Of a stretch of DNA of 64,000 nucleotides, positions 49,365-60,560 are shown one piece after another (the stretch's first letter is position 1; each line of letters begins with the position of its first letter). The notes beneath the pieces are model-generated. The model was not told the origin of the DNA. It worked only from the letters and a program-made list of their open reading frames with translations, and made no database searches. The position numbers and the translations under genes were made by a program. This DNA comes from Cetorhinus maximus (lineage: Eukaryota), in contig NC_135888.1 in NCBI RefSeq assembly GCF_964194155.1, positions 134,850,001 through 134,914,000 of the forward strand, given 5' to 3'.

Positions 49365-49720
49365 TGTCGGGTTTTGATAGACTAAATAAGGGGAAACGGG
49401 TTTAACTGGCAGAAGGATCAGTGACTAGAGGATACAGAAATTATGTGATTGGCAAAAGAATCAGAGACGACACGAGAACACTTAGGTGTAAGCAGAAAGT
49501 TGTTACGGCCTGAAAATGCACTGGCTGAAGGGGTTGTGAAAGCATATTCAATGATTACCTTCAAAAGGGAAGCAAAAAAATAATTGAAGCGCAAAACTTT
49601 CGTTGACTACGGGGGAAGGGCAACTGAGAAGGACAAATTTGTTAGCTCTTTTAAAGAACCGACATAGAGGCGATAGGCAGAATGGTCATATTATGTGCTG
49701 TAATATCTATGATAGTATTA
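49365..49720 (+). mobile_element. CR1 3' fragment
   Basis: gtgactagaggatacag..ggcagaatggtcatattatgtgctgtaatatctatgat. Confidence 0.7.
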
Positions 49721-50504
49721 TTATCTGATTTTATGCAAAGACAACATTGTAAACATGCCTAAAGTGCATGGAATTAGTAAATAGTAACCATTACAAGCAA
49801 TCTGAAAGCATGTTAATGTCCCGACGGCCGAGAGAGAGGATATTACATTTGATAACTGGTATCGCTGTTTCGCCTCCTCTCCTTTTTGTTTATTGGTTAT
49901 CAATTGATCGTATGTTGTAATTAATCGTACAATTATGCACTGCAAATCGCCAAGGTGCTGCCGGAATCATCGGATACAAACTATGTCACCCTACTCTGTG
50001 ACCAGTGCCAGAAAAATTGTATTTCCTACAGTGGACTTATATTCCATCAACAGAAGATTATGACCGCCTAAAGACATAACGTCGACCCATCCCTCATGAA
50101 ATGGAGGAATATGATTTCTGACATAATAATATGGTGAATGATTCAGTTCATAATAAAGCGTTTAATTAGTCGTAATTGTTAACGAAATTGGTCTATTTTG
50201 TCGGATGCAGCTATCGTCTTATGTTAAAACGAAAATACATGGCCTTGAGTCCCATTTATTTTGGGGTACAACTCGATTGGAGAGAGGCAATTGGTTATAC
50301 ATCGTTGGAGGGGCATGGGTAAGGAGGGGAGTTGGCCTTCATGAGCTACCACTGTGAATACGGTGAAAACATTACATAAAATGTAATTAAAAAGAAAATG
50401 TTTCACTAGAGTATGGTAAAACAATTGAAAAGAACTGCAGGCCAGAAAATAAACCCAACTGACCAGAAATTATAATAATATTTGTCGACTAAATTTCAGA
50501 TGCT

Positions 50505-50965
50505 GTTATAATGATAGAATTGAGAGGGTGTAGCCACCAGGGAAGACTGAACAGACTGGAGTTGTTTTCATTATAAAAGGGAAGACTGAGGGGTGAACTG
50601 ACAAGGAATTGCAAGATAATGTAAGTGTTTGCTAGGCAGAGAAGGTGTTTTCATTTGGGGGCCAAAACAGAAACTATGGACCACAAATATAATAGTCAGT
50701 AACAAATCTAATAGGTATTTCAGATAAGAGTTCTCTAACCAGAGAGGGATTAAAACGTAGAAGTCTCAGGTACAGGATTATATGAAGCCAATAACACAGT
50801 TTCTTTTAAGGGGATTCTAGATAAACACACGAGGGAGATAAGAATAGAAGTATTTGTTAATGAGTTAGATGAAGAAGCATTGGGAGGAGGTCCGAGAGGA
50901 GCATCAGTGCTGACATAGGCCTTTTAGGTTGAATTGCCTGATCCTGTGCTGTAAATATTAACCAA
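50505..50965 (+). mobile_element. CR1 3' fragment
   Basis: gaagactgaacagactggagttgttttc..ggttgaattgcctgatcctgtgctgtaaat. Confidence 0.65.
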
Positions 50966-52634
50966 TATTATGTAATGCTCATTGAAGATATGATGGGGTC
51001 CCATATGCACATGTATTTTCCGAATCTACTTTAATTCTACGATGATTTACGTATCCTGTGTATTTCAAAGCTGAGTTACTAGAATATTGCTGAACGAAAT
51101 GAACAAACCATTCTGAAATATATGAGTCTGAAATTATTTAAGCATGCATACTGAAGAATCAACGTTTCCTTTATTTTGAACAATAATTTCAATATTGAAG
51201 AAAATTGTACCCAAATACCACAAGAATGCTAGCATGACGATAAAGCTTGCAGATACAAAATTGTCACAGTGCCGTACAGTTTTGTCTTCCGGAATTAGAT
51301 ATATTTATGACTATTAAAAAATCCCAATAGTTGCACTAGAATATCACCTTCACTTACAACGTGCACTTAAACTGATGGACAAAGATATGCTTTGTAATGG
51401 GCAAAGCGGAGCATGTCAGATGCAAGTTATACTGCGGCTGCAATTGGCATTTAGCATGCTTGGGAAGCTATGTTGTATTACATGTAGATGCACCATGGAA
51501 ACCTTTTGACACATACGAAGTTATTTCTCAATAATTCTTATAATGTACTCTTCACGTGATGTATTCAATGCGTTATTTGTAATAAAATACTAATAAAACT
51601 GTATGATGCGTACAATGGAAATTTCCCAGTCAAATGAACATATTTTATCGTTACCTTTGGGCTTTACATGTTGATATTGAACCCGTATAATTATGAAAAT
51701 TAATTGTTTAAAGCCGTGTTGTTTCTGTGATTTTTGAGAACTGCATAAGCAATGAATGTTCTTGACTTTCTATTTCTGAAGGTAAAGTGCAAACCCACCA
51801 GTGTAGCTTGATACTGACTGATTGCAAGCCACTATTTTCAGGGCGCATACGAATCGTCATGGCTACGCTTTCATTTTCGTAGATGTGATACTCTGTTCTA
51901 ATTATATCTCATAATGTTTTGAATATATTTATCATACCCCCAGTGCTCTTTTGTTAGCGCACATTTTGCAACGCTTATGTGTAAAACGCCCGAGGTGAGG
52001 AAATTCCATGAGCGTCTTTTTGAAGAATGGAATTATCACTAAGAGGACACGGGAAATTTCAATTTCACCCTTCGGACGCTGAAGCGTCCAAATGTTGCGA
52101 ATGCAGGAGATGCAGCCCTAACCAAAGATAACTAAAAATAAAAACTCGAGCTGTGAACATAAAAATAACCATGCAATTATAACCCAATAATGTTATTCTA
52201 CTCGGCGTGCACTTGCCCCTTTTAGACAGTTCTCGGAAGCCTCTCGTATCATTAGAAAAGGGAGCAGAGATAGTGGAACATTCGGCCTGGCATTCTCCTC
52301 CTCGGTGACTCATAAATTTGAATGAATCTACAGACTAAACTCCTCTCCAGAGCTCACATTTGCTCAACCTTGAGCGTAATTCTTCTCCACACTTTCAGTT
52401 AAAAAATAACATCACACGTCGAATCGCCGAAAGAAAAGGTAAGGGTCAATGGTACCTATGGCACTCATTTTCTCATTTAAAAGTATATATAAATAAGAAG
52501 TTGCGGTAATTTAAGGACGGGTTGTTCTTTGGGTGTTAGAAATAACGATAATGTGCTCGATGTCAAAGGACTCAGTCCCCCCTCCAAAACCTATGAACGG
52601 ACTTGTCAGTCTGAACATGAACCAAACAATCTTT

Positions 52635-53035
52635 TATTTTTTTGATTCTTTCATGGGACGTGGGTGTCGCTGGAAAGGTCAACATTTTTTGCCCATCCTG
52701 AATTGTCCTTGAACTGAATGGCTTGCTTGGCCATTTTAGAGGCCAGTTAAGAGTCAGCCACATTTATGTGGGTCAGGAGTCACAGGTAGGCTGGAACAGG
52801 CAAGGATGGCAGATTTCCTTCCCTAAAGGACATTAGTGAACCAGATGAGTTCTTACAACAATCGATAAAAGTTGTCATGGTCACCATCGCTGGTAATTAG
52901 TTTATATTCCACATTTATTAATTGAATTTGAATCCCACCAGCTGCCGTGGTGGGATTTGAACCATTGCCCCCAGAGCATTAGCCTGGAGTCGCTGGATTA
53001 CTAGGGCAATGAGATTACAACCACACCACCGTCAC
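52635..53035 (-). mobile_element. tRNA-derived SINE (family-A tail)
   Basis: Homologous to 27785-28110 and the reverse of 62990-63315. Confidence 0.85.
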
Positions 53036-53884
53036 CCCATACATCATGTACGATGCCTGAAATTTATGGAGAGTGCGATTCTAACTTGTTAACTTGAAAG
53101 AAATTATGCTGAACTGCCAATGGAATAAGCATGCTGCCTTGTTATGTGATGTTGCCAAGGATTTCCAACATGCTTCAGATATTTTCTTGAAAAGATACTT
53201 CGAATGAATTTTGTTCAGAATGCAAATAGTCAAATATTTAATTTCGTGCAACAGTCGCTGTAGACATTTTTTCGCAATTAGCCATGGCACACAAAGGATC
53301 AGATGCATCTCTCTCGATTAGAGAGAGGCCATTGGTTATACATTGTTGGAGTGGCATGGGCAAGGAGGGGAGTTGGCCTTCATGAGCTACCACTGTGAAT
53401 ACGGTGAAAACATTACATAAAATTTAATTAAAAATAAAATGTTTCCGAAAAAATCAATAAAGTATTCTTCAGTATATATATATTAAAAGGTTGGTTTTTA
53501 TACAAACGCTCTAACAACTTGCTATAGATTTCATCAGGTAAAACTATACATCAAGAAAGACAAGGATGCATTTCGCATTTATGCAATGCCTTTCAAGATC
53601 TCAAGGCATCTTGAAAGCCTTTAGCATTAATGAAGCAGACTTAAAGCTTAGCCGCCTTTGTATAGTTGGAAACCTACCAGTGATTAAATTGGAGGGTGAC
53701 AATATGGCGATTGAACTTTGCCGACCATTGGTAATGTGAACGATGTAATTGCCAAAAGTCTCAGGATTCCGATATATCACATTTAAAAGTAAGGTTGAAA
53801 CGTAAAATGCGATTTCTGTGCGTGGTTGTCTATATATTTTTAGTTGCACACCCGTAAATATGACGGTACCATTATTTAGAAATA

Positions 53885-54055
53885 GCCTCGCTTTAAGAAT
53901 AGTTGCTGCAGTTATTGGTTGGGACTCTTCGTGTCGCTGTCTACCAATAAGAAACCAAGACTCTGCGAGAGATCGACCCCCTCCTCCGTCAGGGAAACAG
54001 AACAGAATCGTTGAGGTAGACGGCGTCTGCGTTTATGGTGTGCGGACATGTTCAC
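53885..54055 (+). promoter_or_regulatory. Pcdh promoter 5 (CSE + inverted CCAAT)
   Basis: TGCAG-TTATTGGT(53912-53919)..CGCT(53935-53938)..ACCAATAA(53943-53950). Confidence 0.9.
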
Positions 54056-54203
54056 AAAATCTCCCCCGATTGTGCCCTTACATTCCTGGATTCTACAGTA
54101 ATATATGGATATACTGCTGGCAATTGTTGTGCGTTAAAAGGCAAGCCTATACAATCTATTGTGAGAAATTTCAATATTTTACAACACAATCTAGCTCAGA
54201 ACA

Positions 54204-56597
54204 ATGGCGTATGTATTGATGAGCTGGGCGTCCTTCATTTTCCTGCTCTGTGTGTCGGACCTGGTCTCGGAACAGCTTCGCTACTCGATTCCAGAGGAAC
54301 TGGAACGTGGGGCCTTTGTTGGGAATATCGCCGAAGATATGAGGTTAAACGTTTGGGAATTACCGACTCGCAAATTTCGGCTGATTTCAGATGACGTGAA
54401 ACAATACATGGAGGTAAATCTGGAAAATGGTTTCTTAATTGTTAATGAAAGAATCGACAGGGAACAGGTTTGTAGCAAAAGCTCTGCTTGTTCCCTTTCT
54501 TTCCAAGTCGCGCTCAATGATCCTATGGAAATGTACCCCGTCGTAGTAGAGATACTGGATGTAAATGATAATTCACCCAGCTTTCCGAAGAGGGAATTCT
54601 ACTTGCAGATCAATGAATTAAATGCGCCAGGGGCGCGCTTCCCTCTCGAGAGCGCGCGTGATCCGGATGTGGGTACAAACACAATCAGCACTTACCAGAT
54701 CAGCCCAAATGAGCATTTCGATATCAAAGTGCAGACAAGACGGGGTGGGAGCAAAAGTGCCGAGCTGCTATTAAAGAAGTCCTTGGACCGTGAACAACAG
54801 TCAATGTTTACACTTCTGCTGACGGCCATAGACGGTGGGATTCCGCACAGGTCCGGCACAGCTCAGCTTATCATTAATGTAATGGACGGAAATGATAACG
54901 CACCTATATTCGATCATGAAATCTATAGGGCGACTATCGTAGAAAACGTCGCCAATGGCACGTTAGTGATAAAGATTAATGCTGCGGATATGGACGAAGG
55001 TACAAACGCTGAAGTAACATATTCTTTCACCGATCACGTTTCTCAAAGTATTCGCGAGTTGTTCAAATTGGACCCTGTGACTGGAGAGATTAGAATTCAG
55101 GGGGCACTGGATTTTGAAGAAGCAAATGTTTATGAATTTGACGTACAAGCAGTGGAGCATGCTCCACCTGGACTGGCAGCCCATGCAACTGTTGTGGTCG
55201 ATGTCATTGACACGAACGATAATTCCCCTGAGTTACAAGTAACCGTGGTGGCCAGTGCTGTGCGGGAGGATGTTCCTCCGGGGACTGCAATAGCTCTGAT
55301 CAGCGTAACGGACTCCGATTCCGGTGAATATGGAGAAGTTCAGTGTCAAATTCCAGGGAGTATTCCGTTCAAGATCGAAAAATCTTTGAGGAACAACTAT
55401 AAGTTGGTCACCAATGGTATTCTGGATCATGAACTGACCCCACTGTACAACATCTCCGTTTCTGCCTGGGACGGAGGGTCTCCTCCGCTTTCAACTAGTA
55501 AACTCATCTTAGTTTCTGTAACTGATATCAATGACAACACACCAAGTTTTACACAATCCTCATATAACGTGTATCTGATGGAGAATAATACACCTGGTGC
55601 TTCTGTATTTGCTGTTAGTGCATTTGATGCTGATTCGAATCAGAATGGAGACATCTCCTATTCCATCCTTGACCACCAAAAACAAGCTATGTCTTCTTCC
55701 CCTTACGTCTCAATTAACTCCCATAATGGAAACATTTATGCGCTGTGCTCCTTTGACTATGAACAACTGAAACATTTCCAAGTCAAAGTTCAAGCTCACG
55801 ATGCTGGGACTCCTCCACTGAGCAGCACTGCTATTGTCAATTTTGTTATCCTGGATCAAAATGACAACGCACCGGTTATTGTTTCACCCTTAACGTGGAA
55901 CAGTTCGGCATCAGTGGAGATTATGCCCCAGTCAATATATCCAGGATACTTGGTCACTAAGGTAATTGCGACTGATGAAGATTCTGGTCAGAATGCAAGG
56001 CTTTCCTACCAGCTATTGGAAGTCACTGATCCTGGTCTGTTTACCGTTGGGCTTCTTACCGGGGAAATCAGAACAACACGAGCTTTTAGAGACCAAGAGA
56101 TCATTACAAAAAGTTTGGTCCTCTGTGTGAAGGACAATGGACAGCCGAGCCTTTCCAGTACGGCCACTATCTCCTTTAAAATAATGCCCAATGCTACTGA
56201 GAAATCATTTGAACGAACTGATGAACCCAGACGGTGGGAATATTTTTCAGATCTAAACAGTTACCTAATTGTCATTTTAGGATCCACTTCCTTTTTGTTT
56301 CTCATAACCATAATTTGTTTGGTTATCCTGAAGTATAGGCAAAGCAGAAACATTGCTGAAGACTACACCTCTACAATTTGTTGTTACAGTCGCAGGAATT
56401 CGAATGATGCTTTTAATGGGAGACAAGCAGCAAATGAATCTTTAAATTATAGCGGGTCTGTTCAAACTGAAGGTTATCGTTACACCGTGTGTTTATCACC
56501 AGAATCGTCGAAGAGTGACTTTCTGTTTTTAAAGCCCTGTCATCCTACGTTGCCTTTCAATGATGTGAGTGTTCATGACACCAACGCAAGAAATTAA
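54204..56597 (+). CDS. Clustered protocadherin, variable-exon type, 797 aa
   Basis: QLRYSIPEE, six EC repeats, TM, conserved tail; cagaacaATGG. Confidence 0.97.
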   Translation: MAYVLMSWASFIFLLCVSDLVSEQLRYSIPEELERGAFVGNIAEDMRLNVWELPTRKFRLISDDVKQYMEVNLENGFLIVNERIDREQVCSKSSACSLSFQVALNDPMEMYPVVVEILDVNDNSPSFPKREFYLQINELNAPGARFPLESARDPDVGTNTISTYQISPNEHFDIKVQTRRGGSKSAELLLKKSLDREQQSMFTLLLTAIDGGIPHRSGTAQLIINVMDGNDNAPIFDHEIYRATIVENVANGTLVIKINAADMDEGTNAEVTYSFTDHVSQSIRELFKLDPVTGEIRIQGALDFEEANVYEFDVQAVEHAPPGLAAHATVVVDVIDTNDNSPELQVTVVASAVREDVPPGTAIALISVTDSDSGEYGEVQCQIPGSIPFKIEKSLRNNYKLVTNGILDHELTPLYNISVSAWDGGSPPLSTSKLILVSVTDINDNTPSFTQSSYNVYLMENNTPGASVFAVSAFDADSNQNGDISYSILDHQKQAMSSSPYVSINSHNGNIYALCSFDYEQLKHFQVKVQAHDAGTPPLSSTAIVNFVILDQNDNAPVIVSPLTWNSSASVEIMPQSIYPGYLVTKVIATDEDSGQNARLSYQLLEVTDPGLFTVGLLTGEIRTTRAFRDQEIITKSLVLCVKDNGQPSLSSTATISFKIMPNATEKSFERTDEPRRWEYFSDLNSYLIVILGSTSFLFLITIICLVILKYRQSRNIAEDYTSTICCYSRRNSNDAFNGRQAANESLNYSGSVQTEGYRYTVCLSPESSKSDFLFLKPCHPTLPFNDVSVHDTNARN

Positions 56598-57324
56598 TTT
56601 AGACAGCAAATGCGATTCTCCGAGTGGCAGGTAATGCTTGCTGGTGAAGAATTATTTATTATGCGTTCAATTACAGGTTAAGTGTCATGCACAAAATTGG
56701 ATTTTCATTTTGGTAGTGGAAAGGTTAATGTGTCCGAGTTACCCACTCCTCTTGCCATTTTTTACACACGTTCAGTAATAGTTATACTTGTCTATAAACC
56801 TCATTTTACAGCCTTGTTTGGCAAATTCTGTATGTTAGTAAAAACTTGTCTTCCAACTGATATATATTAAAATATGCCTCTGAACTGAAGCCATATGGCG
56901 TCTTCTGAAATCCCACTATCCAATATTTTAGTAGAGTCTAAACCCATTTAGTTGGAGCGGCCTGTATTTGTCCTAAAAAGCTAAATGAAATTTCAGAGCA
57001 ATCAATTAAGATGTTATTATTGGATTCAAGGCCTGAGTTCAGGACCATAGGGTCTTCTAACAAACAGTGACGATTTACAGAACTAAATATTATTTTTGAA
57101 TTCGTGTGCATTAGAGTTTCAACTGTGTTCCATTTTGCAGCATCCTCGCGCAATCTTCCCTCTAAGTTCTGTTGGCTGTGTGCAGCGCCATTGATGTAGT
57201 GCACAGCCGCTTTACGTTTGGCGCGCCGCGTATTAACACACCATAAAGGAAAGCGGCCTTTTCGTTCCATGCGCAGTACATTTGGAATTGCTTTACAACC
57301 ACTCACCTTCGAATCTTAGAGGGA

Positions 57325-57535
57325 AGCTTGCTCTCGCCTCTGAGTTACACCTGAACTCCTGAAACCTGAGCACAAAATCTAGGATGACATTCCAGTATAG
57401 TGCAGAGAGCGAGCTGCAATGTTGCAGGTGCCGTGAAATGGCTGATACGTTAAACCGAATGACTGTCTGCCCTCTGACGTGGACCAAAAGGTTGCCGTGG
57501 CACTAATTAAAAAAACAGGGGAGTGTCCTCGTCAA
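57325..57535 (+). mobile_element. DeuSINE fragment
   Basis: gagcacaaaatctaggatgac..gcaggtgccgt..acgttaaaccgaatgactgtctgccctct..ggcacta. Confidence 0.7.
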
Positions 57536-57544
57536 TATGAGCTG

Positions 57545-58060
57545 ATAATCGGCAAGTTACATTCGCGTCATACAAGTGCCAGGCAATGACCATCTCTAAC
57601 AAGAGAGAATTGAAGCATCTTCCCTTGACATTCAATGGCATTGCCATCGCTGAATCCCCCAGTATCAACATCTTGGGGGTCAGAGGGTGGTTACCATTGA
57701 CCAGAAAGTGAACTTGACCAGCCATAAAAATACTGTGGCTACAAGAGCAGGTCAGAGACTGGGAAGTCTGCAGAGAGCAACTCACCTCCTGACTCCCCAA
57801 ATTCTGTCTACCATCTGCAAGGCATATGTCAGGAGTGTGATGGAATAGTTTCCATTTGCCTGGATGAGTGCAGCCCCAAGAACGCTCAAGAAGCTCGACA
57901 CCATCCAGGACAATGCAAACCGCTGCATTGACACCCCATCCAGCACCTTCAACATTCACTCCATAACCAATGCACAGTAGCAGCAGTGTGTACCATCTGC
58001 AAGGTGCACTGTGGCAACTCACCAAGGCTCCTTCGACAGCACCTCCTGAACCTGTGGCCT
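57545..58060 (+). mobile_element. LINE family A fragment
   Basis: Collinear with 14830-15390. Confidence 0.85.
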
Positions 58061-60122
58061 CAAACATCATGAAAAACAAGGGAAAAATGGAAAAACCACA
58101 CGCTCCCCTCCTAGCCTAACGTCACCCTGACTTGAAACCAAGTGAAAGATGCCACCCTAAACCAGATGCTATGGAACTCTCGTCAACATGCCCCCTACCC
58201 CCGACACTTGTTCCTGCATAAGCCAAGTCTCACTGTACTCCGTCTTTCACATGAGGGTTTCCATTTAAACTCTCCAAGAACTTGCTTTCGAATTTTCCCC
58301 CAAACCGACATTTTTGCTCAGATGCTTTCCACAGGGGTCCACTCCCAGGGTTTTGAACTCTTCTGATATTCTTCTCCCCTAGGTCAGCGCATCCAGCTTT
58401 CTTCCACGCACTCTCTTTCACCGATCCAGCCATCATCAGTACAAGACTGCTTCACATTCCCATGGAAAAGTTGTGACAGGCCTTCGGTCATCTCTTTGGA
58501 CCTTCTGGCCTCTCACTTTAAATCTGCTTCCTGCACTTTCTTCCTTTAAACTTGAAGCGTGGAACTTTCCTCTATTCTTCACTCTTAACTTCACTTAACG
58601 GGACCTTTCCCAGGTTCCTGTCCTTCCTTTGACTAGAAGGTCTTCCTGAGACTTCCTCCTGTTTCTTTCTCACTCCTTGTCCGTAGGTCCTTTTTTCTTT
58701 AGTTTGGGATTTGCTATCTGTCTGTTTTCATGCCCTTCCTGTTCTGGCACATTCTTCCAACTGCACTCACACTGCTGCTTCCTTCTGTGCGTGTCATGGG
58801 AGGGGGCGGTGGGGGGTGGGGGGAAGGTGGGGGCGGCGGTCTCCCTCTCTGAACCCCTGTTGCACATTTTTTCCTATTCTTGTGTTTGCTTTAATTTCTG
58901 CCCAAGAGTCGTAAAACACATTAGAAAAGCAGGTACACAAACAGGTTTAGACCTGCTGTGTCCCTCAAAAATGAAACTAGATCCCAGGTTTCACCTTATA
59001 TCTCACAAATAGAAAAATATATGAATTAAACTTAAACTTAAAGATATAACTTATTCCTAACACCCAAATGCACATATAATTTACTTAAACAATCCCTAAT
59101 CCCTAACACCCAACACTTTGAAAGAAAGAAAGCTTCACAACAGTCAATGTTTCTTTACAATGGCATTACATCCACCTCACACAAACTTAACACCACAAAC
59201 CTCTAACAATAGCTTATTACATATAATGCAAATAAATTTTACATTCCTTTCACAATTATAATTATGTCGTACAACTACAAAAATTTAAGCGAAACAAAGT
59301 CAATCAATGTAATAAGATTTGTAGGCTTTGTACATCATAGCATTATCATAACTCATCTCTTAAGATTTCCCCCCCTCTTATTCCGAGTCTTTAACTCAGC
59401 AAACAATGCTTCATTTAAGTCTACACCCAAATCGTGCTTTTCGTTGGCTTTAGGTGTAATTCCAACTTCATGCTCATTTTACAAATTCAGATCTGATATA
59501 TTCTCATTTTGATTTAGCAAAGTCAAAATGGCATTTCCCGCATGAATGTATCATTCCTTCTCTGGCCAGAATCTCTTTTCGCCGTTTCAAGGGTGTTGTT
59601 GAGATGCTTTTTTATGTCACACAAAGGCATTTCATACTCTTGCATGGATTGATCTTCAAACTTTTCCTGAGCTTGTTGTTTCTCACAGCCCCATTTCCAA
59701 CAGGCCTTTTCCACTTCTCTTTGAGCATGTCAATTATGTTCTCCCTGTGGAGTTTCATAGTTCGTTCCAACCCTTCAACTCTTTTACATGATCAAAGGAC
59801 TATATCATTCCACTCCTTTACCGGTTTTGCACGGTGTTTTGCAAACTGTCTGGATTCCAACAGCTGTATATTTTATATTAATACCGGCAAGAATTTGTAA
59901 ATCAGTGTCTCTGGTCATTGACCTGGAAGAGTCATTTTGCAATTTCAGTCCTTTCTGTTGGCAATTATTAATTTTCACTTCTGCAGGCATTTTAGTTGCT
60001 TTCATATTGTCCATTCCTGAGATTCGTGCATCAGTAGTTTTACACAGATCAGTTCTTTTCTCAATTGGACCACAACTCAACAAATAATTTTTATTCACAG
60101 GAGCAACTTTGGATCTGTGACG

Positions 60123-60560
60123 CTCCATCCCATACATCTTCCCCTTCATCTTCTCAAGTTTGCAGTGAAGTTTTAGATGACAAAGTTCTAACAGTTCGCT
60201 AGTCTTGATTTTTAGTTCTGCATTCAACCAATTATTTTGATTTACCAACAATTCTTTTTCTTGTTCAAGGCATTTCCCCTGATGTTTCATAGCAACTTCT
60301 GTTGCTTGAAGTTCATCAAGTTTTAACTGAAGACTGAGCTTTGTTAAATTTGCTTCTACAAGTTTATCATTTAGATATATCAAGTCCTCAGTCAAGTGTT
60401 CTACTTTCTGTGACTGATTTTCAATTGTTTTCACCAATTCACTTCTTTCATTAGAAAACCCTTGTTTCGTACATGCAAGTTGGTTTTCTATGTTAATCAG
60501 GTTTTCCTTCAATTGTTTGTTATCAGGATTAAGAGTTTCATTTTGGCCACAATACTTTTC
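60123..60560 (-). other. TPR: Captured intronless segment of the nucleoporin TPR N-terminal coiled coil
   Basis: [71 protein letters not shown] aligns without gaps to recalled vertebrate TPR [71 protein letters not shown]. Confidence 0.85.

Larger units (their letters stand above)
50272..53445 (+). repeat. 133-bp direct repeat (50272-50404 and 53313-53445)
   Basis: Ungapped, 7 mismatches by eye; flanks unrelated. Confidence 0.9.

Noticed and set aside
7202-56191. Recurrent short antisense ORFs within Pcdh exons
   Set aside because: Shadow frames of the conserved sense codons.
59805-60512. The host TPR gene itself
   Set aside because: Only about 145 codons, intronless, diverged and embedded in Gypsy pol; not a genomic TPR locus.
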